Shown here in pieces: positions 30,993-46,894 of a stretch of 64,000 nucleotides of DNA. Every line of letters starts with the position of its first letter. The stretch's first letter is position 1. Made by a program: the position numbers and the translations under genes. Origin of the DNA: the human T2T-CHM13v2.0 reference genome, Homo sapiens; NCBI RefSeq assembly GCF_009914755.1, contig NC_060934.1, one strand, 5' to 3'. The notes under the pieces were generated by a model. It saw only the letters and a list, made by a program, of their open reading frames with translations, was not told the origin of the DNA and did not search any database.

Positions 30993-31416
30993 TGTGCCAG
31001 GGCTGCAGTGACAAAGTACAACACACAGAGTGGCTTACACAACAGAAATTGATTCTCTCACATTCAGGGGGCTGGAAGTCTGAGACCAAGCTGCTGTCAG
31101 GGCTGTGCTACCTCTGAGGCACTAAGGAAAAATCTGTTCCAAGCCACACTCCTGGCTTCTGGTAGTTCCTGGGTAGTGGAGGCACTGCTCCCGTCTTCAT
31201 GTGGTGCTTTCCCCATGTGCGCGCCTGTCTCCAAATTCCCCCTTTTCATAAGGACACCAGTCATACTGGATTAGGGGCCCACTCTACTCCAGTATGATCT
31301 CATCTTAATCACTTATGTCTGCAACAACTATGTTTCTGAAGAAGGTCACATTCTGAGGTACTGGGGTAAGGACTTACATCTACAAATTTTGGGGGGAAAC
31401 AATTAAACCCACAACA
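30993..31416 (-). mobile_element. MLT1 (A/B/C-type) MaLR LTR
   Basis: gggctgcagtgacaaagtac...aaggacaccagtcatactggattaggggccc...aaggtcacattctgaggtactgggg. Confidence 0.85.
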
Positions 31417-32992
31417 GACCCCACGTTTGGAAAGTAGTTCCAGTGTCCCTAGCCAAGTAGGAGGATCTGAATCATGCTGGCTGCTTGTGGATGCTCCTTG
31501 GTGATAGAATATTTCCTTGTAGATGTCTGTCTCCTGGAGGGTCCCCAGACCCTTTTAGTACCTGGAAGAGATAGGGATGAGGGAGCCGCTCCGAACCCCC
31601 GCTGGACCAAGGTCCCCAAGCAGGACTTAGATAAGAGGACTTAAGTGTCAAGGCAATGGCAGTGGAGGAGTTAGCCCACAGCCAAGAATCCATGTGACCT
31701 AAACCCAAATGGAGAAAAAAGCAAAAAGGAGGAAGGGAGGTTGGAGATTGGGGGTGAGGTGTGGACAAAAAAGGACAGTTGTGCCCTGGCACACTCTGCA
31801 AAGGAAGTCCTGTGGGCTGCAGAAGACATTTTTGCACCCACACTAGTTAAATAGATTGGGGTTTCCCAGAGTGGATTCTGTGGAATACCAGCTCTATGAT
31901 AGATTAAATAGGTATTACATGAGGAAGAGATTCCATAGCAAAATAAGTATGGGAAGCAATGCTAAACTGGATTTGAATTTCAACAGCAAAATTTTCAGAA
32001 CTTTTAATATATTAATATGGACTGTGCCTCTTCAAAAAGAGTGAATAGTAATCAGCATTCATCCACGTGATTGGATCACAGAAACTTTTTTCTCAGGAGC
32101 ATCTGGCAAGATACATTTGAGAAATGTTGAACTAGGTGATGGATGAGCCCATTGTGAACAAAACCACAGAGCTGGTGGATGCTATAGATGATATGGCATA
32201 ATATGAATATTAGATAATAGAAATTCCCAATTGACATTATCACCACGCTATGTTCCACCTTCCCTAGATCTTCCCTCAGTTGCTATCATATTGGATTCCC
32301 TTGGTTTGAGAAACACTTCTTGACGTTTATACTATTTCTTGTGAATAACTGATAAAATCGTCAACCTCAATGACACAAGTCAGCAAAGTCATTCTACATA
32401 AAGCCACAGGCCTAGCACCAGCTACAGGTATATATCCCACTTTCCCAACCCAGCCCTCCCTAGCAGGCTCCCACCTACTCATCCAAGGTGTTGTGGGCCC
32501 CCAGAAACCTGCTTAAACCAACATGGAGCAAAAACCATCATTACAGGACCCTAGAAAAGCCTCCTGGCTGCCTGTGATAAGGCATACTGAACAGACAAAA
32601 GGCCTGAGGCTCATTTTCTTTTAACTTTTTTTTTTTAATAGTACAAACTTAAGGCTCTTTATTCAGGCAGTAAAGTAAGGAACAGCAAAGTGGGAGGGCT
32701 ACACCATCACCATGGCAACAGAAAGCCTCAAAAACTTAAAGTCCTTCCTAGCTCAGAAGAAACACATTTTAACTGGCTGAGAACAAGGCCAGGCAGCCTG
32801 GGAATGGTGTGGAAGGGCGGCTGCACGCGCGGCCTCTGGTCAGTCCTGGAAGTGCGTGGTGAGGGCTTTCAGCAGGTCCTGCTTCTTTAGCACACTCTTC
32901 AGCCCATCCACCCGGCAGGCCTCTTTCAGCATGGGCACAGTGAACTTGCCCAGCATGACCTTGCTGATGTGGGTCTTCAGCTTCTCTTCTCA

Positions 32993-33286
<294 letters not shown>

Positions 33287-33289
33287 TCA

Positions 33290-33694
<405 letters not shown>

Positions 33695-34142
33695 TCATTT
33701 TATCATCAGCAAAGGGTAAAAAGACCAGCTGGAAACCTGGAGGAGTCACCTGAATTTTCTAGTCATCCAACTCCTCTTCCTGTGGCACCAAAGCCACAAA
33801 ATAAGGGGGAATGTTCCTGTGGGGCGTGTATCTGCACAATGCTATGACCTCCTTCTCCAGACACTTGATGAGCAGAGCACTGAACAGGATTGAGCTCCCA
33901 ATCACCAGCGACTCCTCAGGGTACACCAACAGGGAGGGCCTCAGGTAATGGTGCTTCTTCAGCATTACCAAGGGCTTGAAACCCAGGAGCATCAAACCTG
34001 GATCATTAAACCATTTTAGCTCTTGTTTCCTCTTTTTCCAGTATAATCTGATGACTTCCAAAGATCTGAGACCTCTTGGTATCACTAGGCAGAAGCAAAC
34101 TGCATGTATTTGTGTTAAATGTCCGGGTCTTTGTTTTTTCTG

Positions 34143-34450
34143 TTTTTCTTTTCTTTTTTTTTTTTGGACAGAGTTTCACTCTTGCTGCCCAGGCTGGAGT
34201 ACAATGCACAATCTCGGCTCACCGCAACCTTCGCCTCCCGGGTTCAAGCGATTCTCCTGCCTCAGCCTTCCGAGTAGCTGGGACTACAGGTATGCACCAC
34301 CACGACTGGCTAATTTTGTCTTTTTTTTTTAGTAAAGACGGGGTTTCTCCATGTTGGTCAGGCTGGTCTTGAACTCCCGACCTCAGGTGATCCGCCTGCC
34401 TCGGCCTCCCAAAGTGCTGGGATTACAGGCGTGAGCCAACGCACCCGGCC
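34143..34450 (-). mobile_element. Alu (AluSp-like) inserted in the XRCC6 pseudogene
   Basis: TSD-like gggtctttgttttttctg / gggtcttggttttcactg duplicating the KTKT codons. Confidence 0.95.
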
Positions 34451-35116
34451 AGGGTCTTGGTTTTCACTGGTTCATTTGTTTCCTGATAGAGCTTTACTGG
34501 AGGAGGCTTAAGAGCCTTTTGGACCAGATTACAAATGCCCACAGAGATCACTATATCTTTGTTGAGCTTCAGCTTTAACCTGCTGAGTGCTTGCTTCCTG
34601 GTGTCCTTGGCGTGAACCTTCGGCAACAGGTCTTCTAGCTTGCTGGATTCCTCAAAGTGAACCCTGAGGTCCTCATCCTCGGCTATGTTGATGGTATCTC
34701 TATAGAACAAGGATAGGTCAAAGCCCCCAGGTTTCTTCAGGTGCATCAAGTCAAGGAAGATGCCTGTATCTTGGAGATCACCGGCTTCAGTCCTGGCCTG
34801 GCTGGCTTTGGCACTGTCATTGCCATGGGGGTTTTCTTCACTGGTCAACAGCATGATCCTCGTATGACTCATCTTCAACCGGACATCACTAAAGAGGCTG
34901 GCACAGACCCACAGCACTTCACTGAGCGAGTAGTCAGATCCGTGGCCCATCAGGTCTTGGAAACGTTTTTGTCCCTGCTGCCCCTTAAACTGGTCAAGCT
35001 CTAGAATTTGTTTTGCACTTGGATTATCCAACTCCTGTAAGACGTAAATATTTTTAAAATTCACTGAATTTTTGTCTTTCTCGGTACCATAGAACACCAC
35101 TGCCAAGAGATCTCAA

Positions 35117-35388
35117 TCACTGCTTATGATCTCATTGCTTATGATCTGTTTATGATCTCACTGCTTATGATCTCACTGTTTATGACCTCACTGCTTATGA
35201 TCTCACTGCTTATGATCTGTTTATGATCTCACTGCTTATGATCTCACTGCTTATGATCTCACTGCTTATGATCTGTTTATGATCTTACTGCTTATGATCT
35301 CACTGCTTATGATCTCACTACTTATGATCTTTCTTACTGCTTATAATCTTACTGCTTATGATCTTTCTTACTGCTTATGATCTTACTG
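35117..35388. repeat. Minisatellite, 15-bp unit tcactgcttatgatc, 18 units, inside the pseudogene
   Basis: Counted 15 full units and 3 short 11-bp units (tgtttatgatc), plus two tttc spacers. Confidence 0.95.
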
Positions 35389-35739
35389 ATGTACACACTT
35401 TGGATACACTGGATGCTCATGTCAAAAGGAATCAAAACTTCACTCTGAGATTCAAACATAGCCCTGGAGGCATCAACCAAAAAAATCAAACTATGTCTTC
35501 CTGAATATTTATAGTCTCCACTTGCTTCAAGGTTCTCTTCTTCTTCTTCTTCTGCTTCTTCATCGCCCTCGATTTTGTAATACAACTCCCACCCTGACAT
35601 GTTGGCTACTGTTCACTTTGGCGCAGGGAAGTGACCAACTTGGACAGAAGACAAGAATCTCTTTTCACTTTTAACCAAAAATAGGTCATGCATTTGAATT
35701 CCCTGCCCCCCCCCCCCAAAAAAAAACCTGGGGACATGT

Positions 35740-36925
<1,186 letters not shown>

Positions 36926-37221
36926 TAAGTATTCCCATAAGAGGCAGTACATCAAGGCTAAGCTCATGTGCTTGGAAGTTAGGCTCGAATCTGTTCTATT
37001 ACTTAGAAATTTCAAGACCTTGGACAAGTTACATGACCTCTGTGAAACTCAGTTTTCCTTATTTGTAAGATGGGTATGAAATCATACTTCACAGAAATGT
37101 GAGTATAAATTAGTTCAAGTCTATAAACTACCTGGCATGGTGTCAGGCACATGGCATCATTCAATAAACATAACCTGTTATTATTAGATATTATTAATAA
37201 CTAATTAACAGTGGTACTATT

Positions 37222-37561
<340 letters not shown>

Positions 37562-37666
37562 TCAAATAGACTTGAATTTAAATTTCAGCTTTGTAGATGA
37601 AAAGCCTTAGGCAAGTTACTTGAGTTTCGATTTGTCCATGAAGATTATAACAATATGCGTGAAGCT

Positions 37667-37797
37667 GGCCAGGCGCAGTGGCTCATGTCTGTAATCCCAG
37701 CACTTTGGGAGGTCGAGGCAGGTGGATCGCTTGAGCGCAGAGTTCAAGACCAGCCTGGGCAACATGGCAAAATCGTATCTCTATTAAAAAGAAAAAA
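37667..37797 (+). mobile_element. Alu left monomer / FLAM
   Basis: Single arm followed by an A-rich tail. Confidence 0.85.
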
Positions 37798-39082
37798 TTA
37801 AAGTGTAAAGCCCTTGCTGGTTGTAACGTTTCTCCACAGTTCCAGAAGGCATAAAAGGATTGTCCTGGCAGTGTCTTTCGATGCTTCCCCTCAAGCAGTG
37901 CTGTGAGTTTCCAAGTGACATTTCTGAAATCTATGAACTCTCCCTGTACCCTTGGTAGAGCAGATATGCCCTTCTCTTGACCTTGTTTGCTAGTGCTAAT
38001 GCTTCCCCCACCGTCCCCTGGAACTTTGTCCCTACTGCCTGCTCACCACTACCACCGCCCCTATCACACTGCATCTGACTTGTGCTAATAAAGCCCAAAT
38101 CCCCAAAGTGACACGTAGAGTCTGGGCTGTGCCCTGGCTGGCTGCCTGGTGGGCATTCCTTTGAGTAAGAAAAGGAAGCTCAGATGCCTGCCGCCTCCCC
38201 ATGCCTTTGCGTCTGAGCTGGAAACATGGCCTCTGCCTGTGGAAACGTTGGCAGCAGCTCCATGGAAAGGGGCTGGGGACTGTGCCCACGGACCAGATAG
38301 GCCTGCCCTTCTTTGGCTTCTCCTTGGTACGCAGACAATGAAGTGGCCAAGCAGGTGTTGCCTGGCTTGACATTGGCTGTGACACCTGTCCACTCTCACT
38401 CTGAACTAGCAGTCAGTTGGGGCTGTGAGCAGGGCGGGAAGGGTCACACCTACGGGACCCCTCCCCACTGTCCCATGCAACGATCTCCACTATGGAAAGC
38501 CACGTGCAGCAGTGAAGTCCCTGAAATGTGACTAATGCAAGAGAAGATCACAATTGTATATTAATTCAAGTTTAATTTAAAAACCAATATTAGATAGAAG
38601 GAATGGTTCTGGTGTCCTGCAGCACTGTGGGGTAAATGTGGTTAACTGTCATTTATTGTATGTTTTCACAAAGCTAGAAGAGAGGATTTTGAATGTCCAC
38701 AACACAAATAAATGATAAATATTGGAGGTGATTCATATGCTAATTACACTGATTTGGCCATTGTACACTAAATATGCATATTGAAATATCATGCTGTACC
38801 CATAAATGTGTACAATTATTACTTGTCAACTAAAAAGAGCGGAAAACCTAATGCTTGATTCAGTTATTGGAAAAAATTTTTAAATGTATTTGGAACAATT
38901 TAGGTATGTGGGTCATACCTTTTACAACTGCAAATTTTATGAAATCTAAAAACAGATCAGGTATTTCCAGTGAAAATTTAGCATCTTAATTGAGATGTGC
39001 TGTAAGTATAAAATACACACTGGATTTTGAAGACGTAGAAGGAAAAAAAAATGTAAAATATCTCATTATAATTTTTAAAACA

Positions 39083-39380
<298 letters not shown>

Positions 39381-39482
39381 ATTTTTTAAAACACTGCTTA
39401 GTGGTTGAGATACTGATATTTTGGATATATGGGGTTAAATAAAATCTATTATCAAAATTATTTTTACCTATTTCTTGTTACT

Positions 39483-39730
39483 TTTCTTTTTTTTTTTTTT
39501 TTTTTTGAGACAGAGTCTTGCTCTGTCACCCAGGCTGGAGTGCAGTGGCCACGATCTCGGCTCACGGCAATCTCTGCCTCCTAGGTTCAAGCGATTCTTC
39601 TGCCTCAGCCTCCCAAGTAGCTGGGACTACAGGCACGTGCCACCATGCCTGGCTAATTTTTGTATTTTTAGTAGAGACAGGATTTCACCAGGCTGGTCTC
39701 GAACTCCTGACCTCGTGATCTGCCCAAAGT
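39483..39730 (-). mobile_element. Truncated Alu
   Basis: Reverse Alu lacking its 5' end. Confidence 0.9.
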
Positions 39731-42217
39731 GTACTTCTTGTAACTTTTTTAGGTGGTGACCAGATAATTTAAAATTATCTATGTGGCTCACATGATATTT
39801 CTATTGGAAGCACTGTTCTAGATGGGTAGAAGCCTAAGACATTAGAACTTGAAGGGCCTCAGGCATCACCTAGAGTGTCCTCTCCTTTTAGAGGTGAGGA
39901 ATTTGGCACAGGAGGAGTTTAAATGACCTCCAGAGAACTGGAACCCAGACCTCTTTTCTCCCAGCCAAGTTTGCATAGAATGCAATGACAAGCCAAGTTG
40001 CGTAAGTTGAGGTAATGGATTCAAAGTACCACACATGGTTATAACAAGATGGTAGTGTCAGTAAGGTGTTTCAAACATGAGATGATATGTATTATTTTTG
40101 CCCTTCTCCAAGGAACCAGAGAATAACAGAACTAGGAAGTGTCCCTTGAGATTACGCAGAGGGTCAGATTACTTTTTCAGACATCTGCTTGCTCGGGAAC
40201 CTGGATATATAAGGCCTCTTCCAGGAGGAGGACGCCTGCTCCCATAAGGAATTGTTCTTCTCTTTGCTCCTGGCAATTCAGGGAAGCAGGCTCAGGGCTG
40301 ATAGGTCATCTAGTGTTTTGGGCTGAGTGTCTCCTCTGCTTCTTTCCTTGTCTCCCTCCCTTTTGTCCTTTCCAGCTTCTCCCAATCTTTGGGGGGACAA
40401 GGCATCTTGCTTGTGTGTCTGGCTGTACCCCCGGGGGTGTGGCTGCGCATCTGAGTGCGAGCTGAGTATGGAGTGGTAGTGGCTGTGGGCTATGAAGGCT
40501 GTGGGGTGGGGGGGCCTTCCTAGTGCCTGGGTGAGTGGGGAGTGGACAGGAGTGGAGGGGTGCTTTTAAACAAGTCCTGTAGACCAGTGGAGAATTGGGG
40601 AGTTGAGACTATAGTGTGAGGCTGTCTACCCAGGTAGAAGTGGCTATGGGCAGTTGTGCGTATAGCAGTGTGCCTGCAGTTATGTGCGCTTGTAGAGTAT
40701 GGTGTTGTGTGGCCATTTTACATCAGAACACAGCGTTTCCTGTCGACACCTAAAGCATTGCAAGAAATTGCAATTAGATCACTATCACCTAGTAATTTCC
40801 CTTCCCTTTCCTTCCCTTCTTCCTTCCTCACTTCCCCCTCTTTCCCTCCTTCTCCTGTCCCTTCTTTTCCTCTCTGTATTCCATTTCAAGCTTATAGAAC
40901 TCTTGCTGGGAGCCAGGCACTATATTGGGATTATTTGTCTCTTGTCTTTTCTCCCCATCAACACACCCCTCAAAGTCTCAGTGTGACTGACCTCCATTTT
41001 AGTGCTGTGATTATGACAGCTTCAGATTTAGTGCTGTGATTACGATATGTCGGGATTGGGTCTCACTCAGTAACTGGTGGAGGCTGGTACTGTGTTCCCT
41101 CAATAAGTCCTGGTTGATGTAAACTTGCTGCAGTCCCTCCTCTCCAAGAAGAAAGGGAGTGTGGGAATGAGCTGGGGGAATCTGTGACTAAGTGGCTTGT
41201 TTTGTTGGTGACAGGGGTACCTGACCAAGCAGGTGATTCGAGTCTGATATCCTGTGTTCCTTCTGTATCCTCTCCTGGAAGGTCCATCCTAGACCCTGGA
41301 GATGTAACCAGGTATGCAACACCTCAGTCGTGGTCAGCACAGTGTGTGGCCTGGGCTGGCTCTGAGATGCTGGGGCTTGCCTTTGTGGTCACCACAGCCT
41401 TTCCCCCTGGCAGAGGACTGAACTGCCTGGCTGCCTGCAATAGTCTCAGGGCCTCAGGACCCACCTACAGGGCCTAGCCCCCGAAGGGTATCACAGGATC
41501 TGTCAGAGGTGCCTGGTCCTCCATCAGGGCCAGCGGCCATGGGATCATTTCTCTTCCCTCAGGCTGCTGTTGGCTAAGTGGCCCATTGTCACCCTGGCCC
41601 TGGCTCTGTGGGAAGGGGTTCTGGGTGCCCATGTGTCTCAGAACCTAGTGACTACCACATGACACACTGAGCCCTGGTTTGTCCTTCCAGGCCTGTGCTC
41701 AGCCAGACTCATTGTCCAAACCTGGGACCTCACTGGCACGGCTGCTGTGGTGCTCACGAATGGGTTTGAAAAGCAAGGGGACTTGCTGTCTTCAAAAAAG
41801 ACTCTTTGGAAACCTAGAGCCTGACTCCTGTTTGCTTCATCTTTTTGCTCAACCCCATTTTCATACAGCAAATTAGGGAGAGATAAGGGAATGTCATGGA
41901 ATTTGAAATGTCAAGAGACACGGGTGCTTTGGAGATCTGCAATGCCACCTGGCCCCATCACTAACTCTTTTTTGTGCAGTTTCTGAACTTCTCCAGGCCT
42001 CAGGTTTTCAAATCTGTCAAATGAGAACATCTAATCAATCAGTGGATAGGTGTGTTATTTAGGTGAAATGAACTAGCCAATGAGAATATAGTTTGCAAAA
42101 GAACAAAAGGAAGGAAAAAAGCAAATGGTTATTTGGCACTTATGGTATACTTCATAGACTGCATCTCAGTTTAGACTTTGGCTCTGGAGATCGACAGACT
42201 TCCTGACTCCACCAACC

Positions 42218-42371
42218 ATTTATTTTATTTTATTTTATTTTTTTATTTTTGTTACCAGAGGTGGGGTTTCACCATGTTGGTCAGGCTGGTCTCCAACTCC
42301 TGACTTCAAGTGATCTGCCTGCCTTGGCCTCCCAAAATGCTGGGATTACAGCGTGAGCCACTGCTCCCGGC
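42218..42371 (-). mobile_element. Alu left arm
   Basis: TSD-like ccaccaacc on both sides. Confidence 0.85.
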
Positions 42372-43224
42372 CCCCACCAACCTCTTTTCCTCAGACTCTG
42401 TGTCTTATGTTTTCTCTTCTCAGGGCTTGACCTCACTGATTCCCAAGCAATATCCTAACCATGCAATAAACATGTGAGCTAAACTGTCAGTAGTGTGTAG
42501 ACAACAACTAAGAATCAGAGTCCTGGCCTCCAGTTAGAGCCATGCCACTCCTGTGTGATTTGGACAAGGCATTCAAACCCTCAGGGCTTTCTGATCACAA
42601 ACATGTCCCTGAGTCTGCAAGCCCTCAGACACAAAACCAGATGCCTTAACTTGGCATTCATCATCTCTATATTCTGGCCTCAATTGTCCTTTTCCATCCT
42701 TAAATTCCTTTTTCCACCTGCCCTGGACTCCCTTGGTGCTCCTACAGCCCTGCACTTCCCCTGCACATACACGGGCTCTCGCTGCCCTCCCTTCATGAAT
42801 GCAGGACACCCAAGATGCCTGCAGCAGTGCCTCCTCCACAGTACCTGCTCTGTGCATGGCAGTGTTTGACATTTCTGCCCAGACTGCCCACTGCTGGTTT
42901 TCAATGCCTACCTCATCCACTCAGCATTACCACGAAGTACTCTAGCCAAAAATATTAAAGTGGATTCTAACAATCAGATTAATCTAGACTGTGGGACATT
43001 GTACAAGAAAATTGGTCCAGATCCTTCAAAGACATCAATAGCAGGGCAGAGCATAAACAAAAATGTGGGGAAGACTGTTCTAGATTTATGGGGAAACTCT
43101 AGACTGTTCTAGACTAGATTGACAATGAAATGCAACATGTGATCCTTGAGTGGTTCCCAGATTTTAAAAAATAGGTATAAAGAATATTACTGGGACAATT
43201 AGAAAAATTTGGTTGTGGACTGTG

Positions 43225-43928
43225 TGGTCCATGGTCTACTAGGACTGCCATAACAAAATACCTGAGACAGGGTAGCTTAAACAGCAGAAATGTATTTTCT
43301 CACAGTTCTTGAGGCTAGAAGTCCAAGATCAAAGTGTCAGCAGTTTGGTTTCATCTGAGGCCTCTCTCCTCTCACCTTTTCACTGAGTCTTCACATGATC
43401 TTCCCTCAATGCCTGCACACATCTGTGTCCTAATTTCCTCTTTTTTTTTTTTTTTCTTTTTTTTTGAGACAGAGTTTCACTCTGTTGCCCAGGCCGGAGT
43501 GCAGTGGCATGAACTTGGCTTACTGCAACCTCCGCCTCCCAGGTTCAAGTGATTCTCCTGCCTCAGCCTCCTAAGTAGCTGGGATTACAGGTGTGTGTCA
43601 CCACTCCCAAGTAATTTTTGTGTTTTTAGTAGAGACGAGGTTTTACCATGTTGGCCAGGCTAGTCTTGAACTCCTAACCTCAAGTGATCAACCTGCCTTG
43701 GCCTCCCAAAGTGCTGGGATTACAGGCGTGAGCCACTGCACCCAGTCTAATTTCCTCTTCTTATAAGGACACTAGTCATTTTGGATTAGGGCCACCCATG
43801 TGACCTCATTTAACCTTAATTACATTCTTTAAAAAGCCCTATCTTCAAGTATAGTCACAATCTGAGGTACTAGGGGTTGGGACTTCAACATATAATTGTT
43901 AGGGTAGACATAGTTGAGCCCATAACAG
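43225..43928 (-). mobile_element. MLT1A-like LTR containing an Alu (43441-43746, -), nested in an old L1M 3' fragment (~42950-44210)
   Basis: ggactgccataacaaaatac...ttctcacagttcttgaggctagaagtccaagatcaa; the Alu is flanked by ctaatttcctct repeats. Confidence 0.8.
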
Positions 43929-44478
43929 TCTGAATATCGATGCAACTAGTATGTTAATCTGAAATTAATTGGACAAGACACTGTGGTTCTAGAGAAAGTC
44001 CTTGTTCTTAGCATATGTATGCTGAAATATTTAGGGGTAAAGAGTCATGATGTCTGCAACTTTCTCTCAAATGGTGCAGAAAAAAATTAAGAGAGAACAA
44101 ATGTGACAAAATAGTAAATGGTAAATCTAGATAATGGGTATAAGATATTCCTTGTAATATTCTTGCAACTTTTCTATGGATTTGAAATTTTCAAAATAAA
44201 AAAGTTGGAAGGAAGGAATTTTTTCTCATCCTCAAGGCCCCTGACCGTCAAAAATATGATTCCATGTCCCCCTATTATGTGCTCAAGAGTGACTGTTCTT
44301 TTCTGCCTTAGCACTCATCTCTGTTTATTTTGTATTGGGATTTTGTTTGACCACCATCTGTCTGTCTAAGCTACACAAAGACAGATATTGGCCTGCTTGG
44401 CTCATGTCTGCACCCCAGCAGCTGGTATAAGGCCTGGCACTCAATGATATTGAATTGAATCAATGAATGAATGAATAT

Positions 44479-46296
44479 TGTCATGGTTTGAATATTTGTC
44501 TCCTCCAAAACTCATGTTGAAATTTAATCTCCTGCAAACCTACAGCCATCTGACCTTTGACAAAGTTGACAAAAACAATCAATGGGGAAAGAGCTCCCTA
44601 TTCAATAAATGATGCTGGGATAACTGGCTAACTATATGCAGAAGAATGAAACTGAACTCTACTTCTCACCATACACAAAAAGTAACTCAAGATGAATTAA
44701 ATATTTAAATGTAAGACCTCAAACTATTTAGAATCCTAAAAGAAAATCTAGGAAACATCATTCTGGATATTGGCATTGGGAAAGAATTTATGACTAAGTC
44801 CACAAAGGCAACTGCAACAAAAACAAAAGTTGGCAAGTGGGACCTAATTAAACTAAAGAACTTCTGCACAGCAAAGACACTATCAACAGAGTGAACAGAC
44901 AACCTACAGAATGCATGAAAATATTTGCAAACTATACATTTGGCAAAGATCTAAGATCCAGAATCTATAAGGAGCTTAAACAATTCAACAAACAAAGCAC
45001 AAATAACCCCATTAAAAAGTAGGCAAGGCTGAGCACAGTGGCTCATGCCTGTAATCCCAACACTTTGGAGAGCTGACGTGGAAGACTCCTTGAGGCCAGG
45101 AGTTGAAGACTGCTTGAGGCCAGGAGTTTAAGACCAGCCTTGGCAACATAGCAAGACTCTGCCTCTTCAAAAATATAAGAATTAGCTAGATGTGGTGGCA
45201 CACAACTGTAATCCCAGCTACTCAGGAGGCTGAGGCGGGAGGATCCCTTGAGGTCGAGAGTTTGAGGCTACAGTGAGCCATACTTGCACCACTGAACTCC
45301 AGTGACAGAGCAAGATCCCATCTATAGGAAAAAGAAAAAGTGGACAAAAGGTGTGAACAGACACTTCTCAAAAGAGGACATACAAGTAGCCAAACAATCA
45401 TGAAAAAATGCTCAACATCAGTAATTATCAGAAAAATGCAATCAAAACCATCTGAGTGGTTACCATCTGAGAGATACCACCGCATAGTAGTCAGAATGGC
45501 TATCACTGAAAAGTAAACACACACACACACACACACACAAACATGCTGGTGAGGCTGCAGAGAAAAGAGAATGTTTATACACTGTTGGTGGGAATGTAAA
45601 TCAGTTAAGCCACCATGGAAAACAGTTTGGAGATTTCTCAAAGAACTTAGAACTACCATTTGAACCAGCATTCTCATTACTGGTATCTATCCAAAATAAA
45701 ATAAATTATCCTATCAAAAAGACACATACATTTGTAAGTTCATTGCAGCACTATTCACTATAGCAAAGACATGGAATCAACTTATGTGTCCATCAACAGT
45801 GGATTGGATGAAGAAAATGTGGTACATATATACCATGGAATGCTACGCAGCTACAATAAAGAAGAAAATCATGTCCTTTGCAGCAACATGGATACAGCTG
45901 GAAGCTATTATCCTAAGTGAAATAATGCAGGAACAGAAAATCAAATGCTGTGTGTTCTCACTTATAAGTGGGCACCAAATGCTGGGCACTCAGAGACACA
46001 AAGATGAGAAAAATAGACACTGGGAACTACTAAATGGGGGAGGGACAGAGAGTGCAGAGATTGAAAAACTACCTATTGTGCACTGTGCTCACTAGCTGGG
46101 TGACGGGATCAATCATACCCCAAACCTCTGCATCATGAGCTATACCCATATAACAAACCTGCACAGGTACCCCTGACTCTAAAATAGAAGTTGAACTTAA
46201 AAGACACACACACACTTACTCTAAAATAGAAGTTGAACTTAAAAGACACACAGACACACACACAAATACACACACACACACACACACACGAGAGAG

Positions 46297-46327
<31 letters not shown>

Positions 46328-46695
46328 GAAATTTAATCTCCAGTGTGGCAATATTGAGAGGTGAGGCCTTTAAGAGGTGATTGGGTCACGAGGGCTCCTG
46401 TCATAATCCATTCGTGGGTTAATGACTTAATGGGTTATCATGGGAGCGGGACTGGTAGCTTCATTAGAAGCGGAAGTCCTGAGCCGGGACTAGCCTGCCC
46501 AGCCGCCTCGCCACGTGATTCCTGTGCAGTCTCAGGACCCTGCAGGGTCCCCACCAGCAGGAAGGTCCTCGCACAAGCAGCCCCTCCACCCCTGATTTCT
46601 AAGCCTGCATAACTATTAGGAATAAATTTCTTTTCTTTACAAATTACCTAGTTTCAGGTATTCTGTTATAAGCAACAGAAAAGGGACTAAGACAA
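44479..46695 (+). mobile_element. MST-family MaLR LTR split by an L1 (LTR parts 44479-44532 and 46328-46695)
   Basis: tgtcatggtttgaatatttgtctcctccaaaactcatgttgaaattt...; 3' part ends ttctgttataagcaacagaaaagggactaagaca. Confidence 0.85.
44533..46327 (+). mobile_element. 5'-truncated L1 (older L1PA/L1PB-type) with an internal AluJ-like insertion (~45027-45335)
   Basis: ORF2 C-terminal peptide CPSTVDWMKKMWYIYTME; perfect 14-bp TSD gaaatttaatctcc at 44519-44532 and 46328-46341; tail is now (CA)n(GA)n. Confidence 0.93.
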
Positions 46696-46894
46696 ACATA
46701 GATGGGGCCAATCAAGGACAGACCAGAAACATCCGGGGTTGGGGGGAGGAGTCTAGATCCCAGACGGTTTCCTGGAAGTTCATGAATGTCAGAGTGTGCC
46801 GCTCTCCGACCTTTGCTTCTTTGCCTCCTTTATTTCTTCTCCTCCTCCAGTCCTTTCCTCTCTCTCTCTAGCCCCTCTGCTCCCTCCTTTCTTT

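Noticed and set aside
35117-35388. CRISPR-like array
   Set aside because: Contiguous tandem units without unique spacers, in primate DNA; it is a minisatellite.
40203-40216. TATA-like gatatataagg
   Set aside because: A single short motif with no other promoter evidence.
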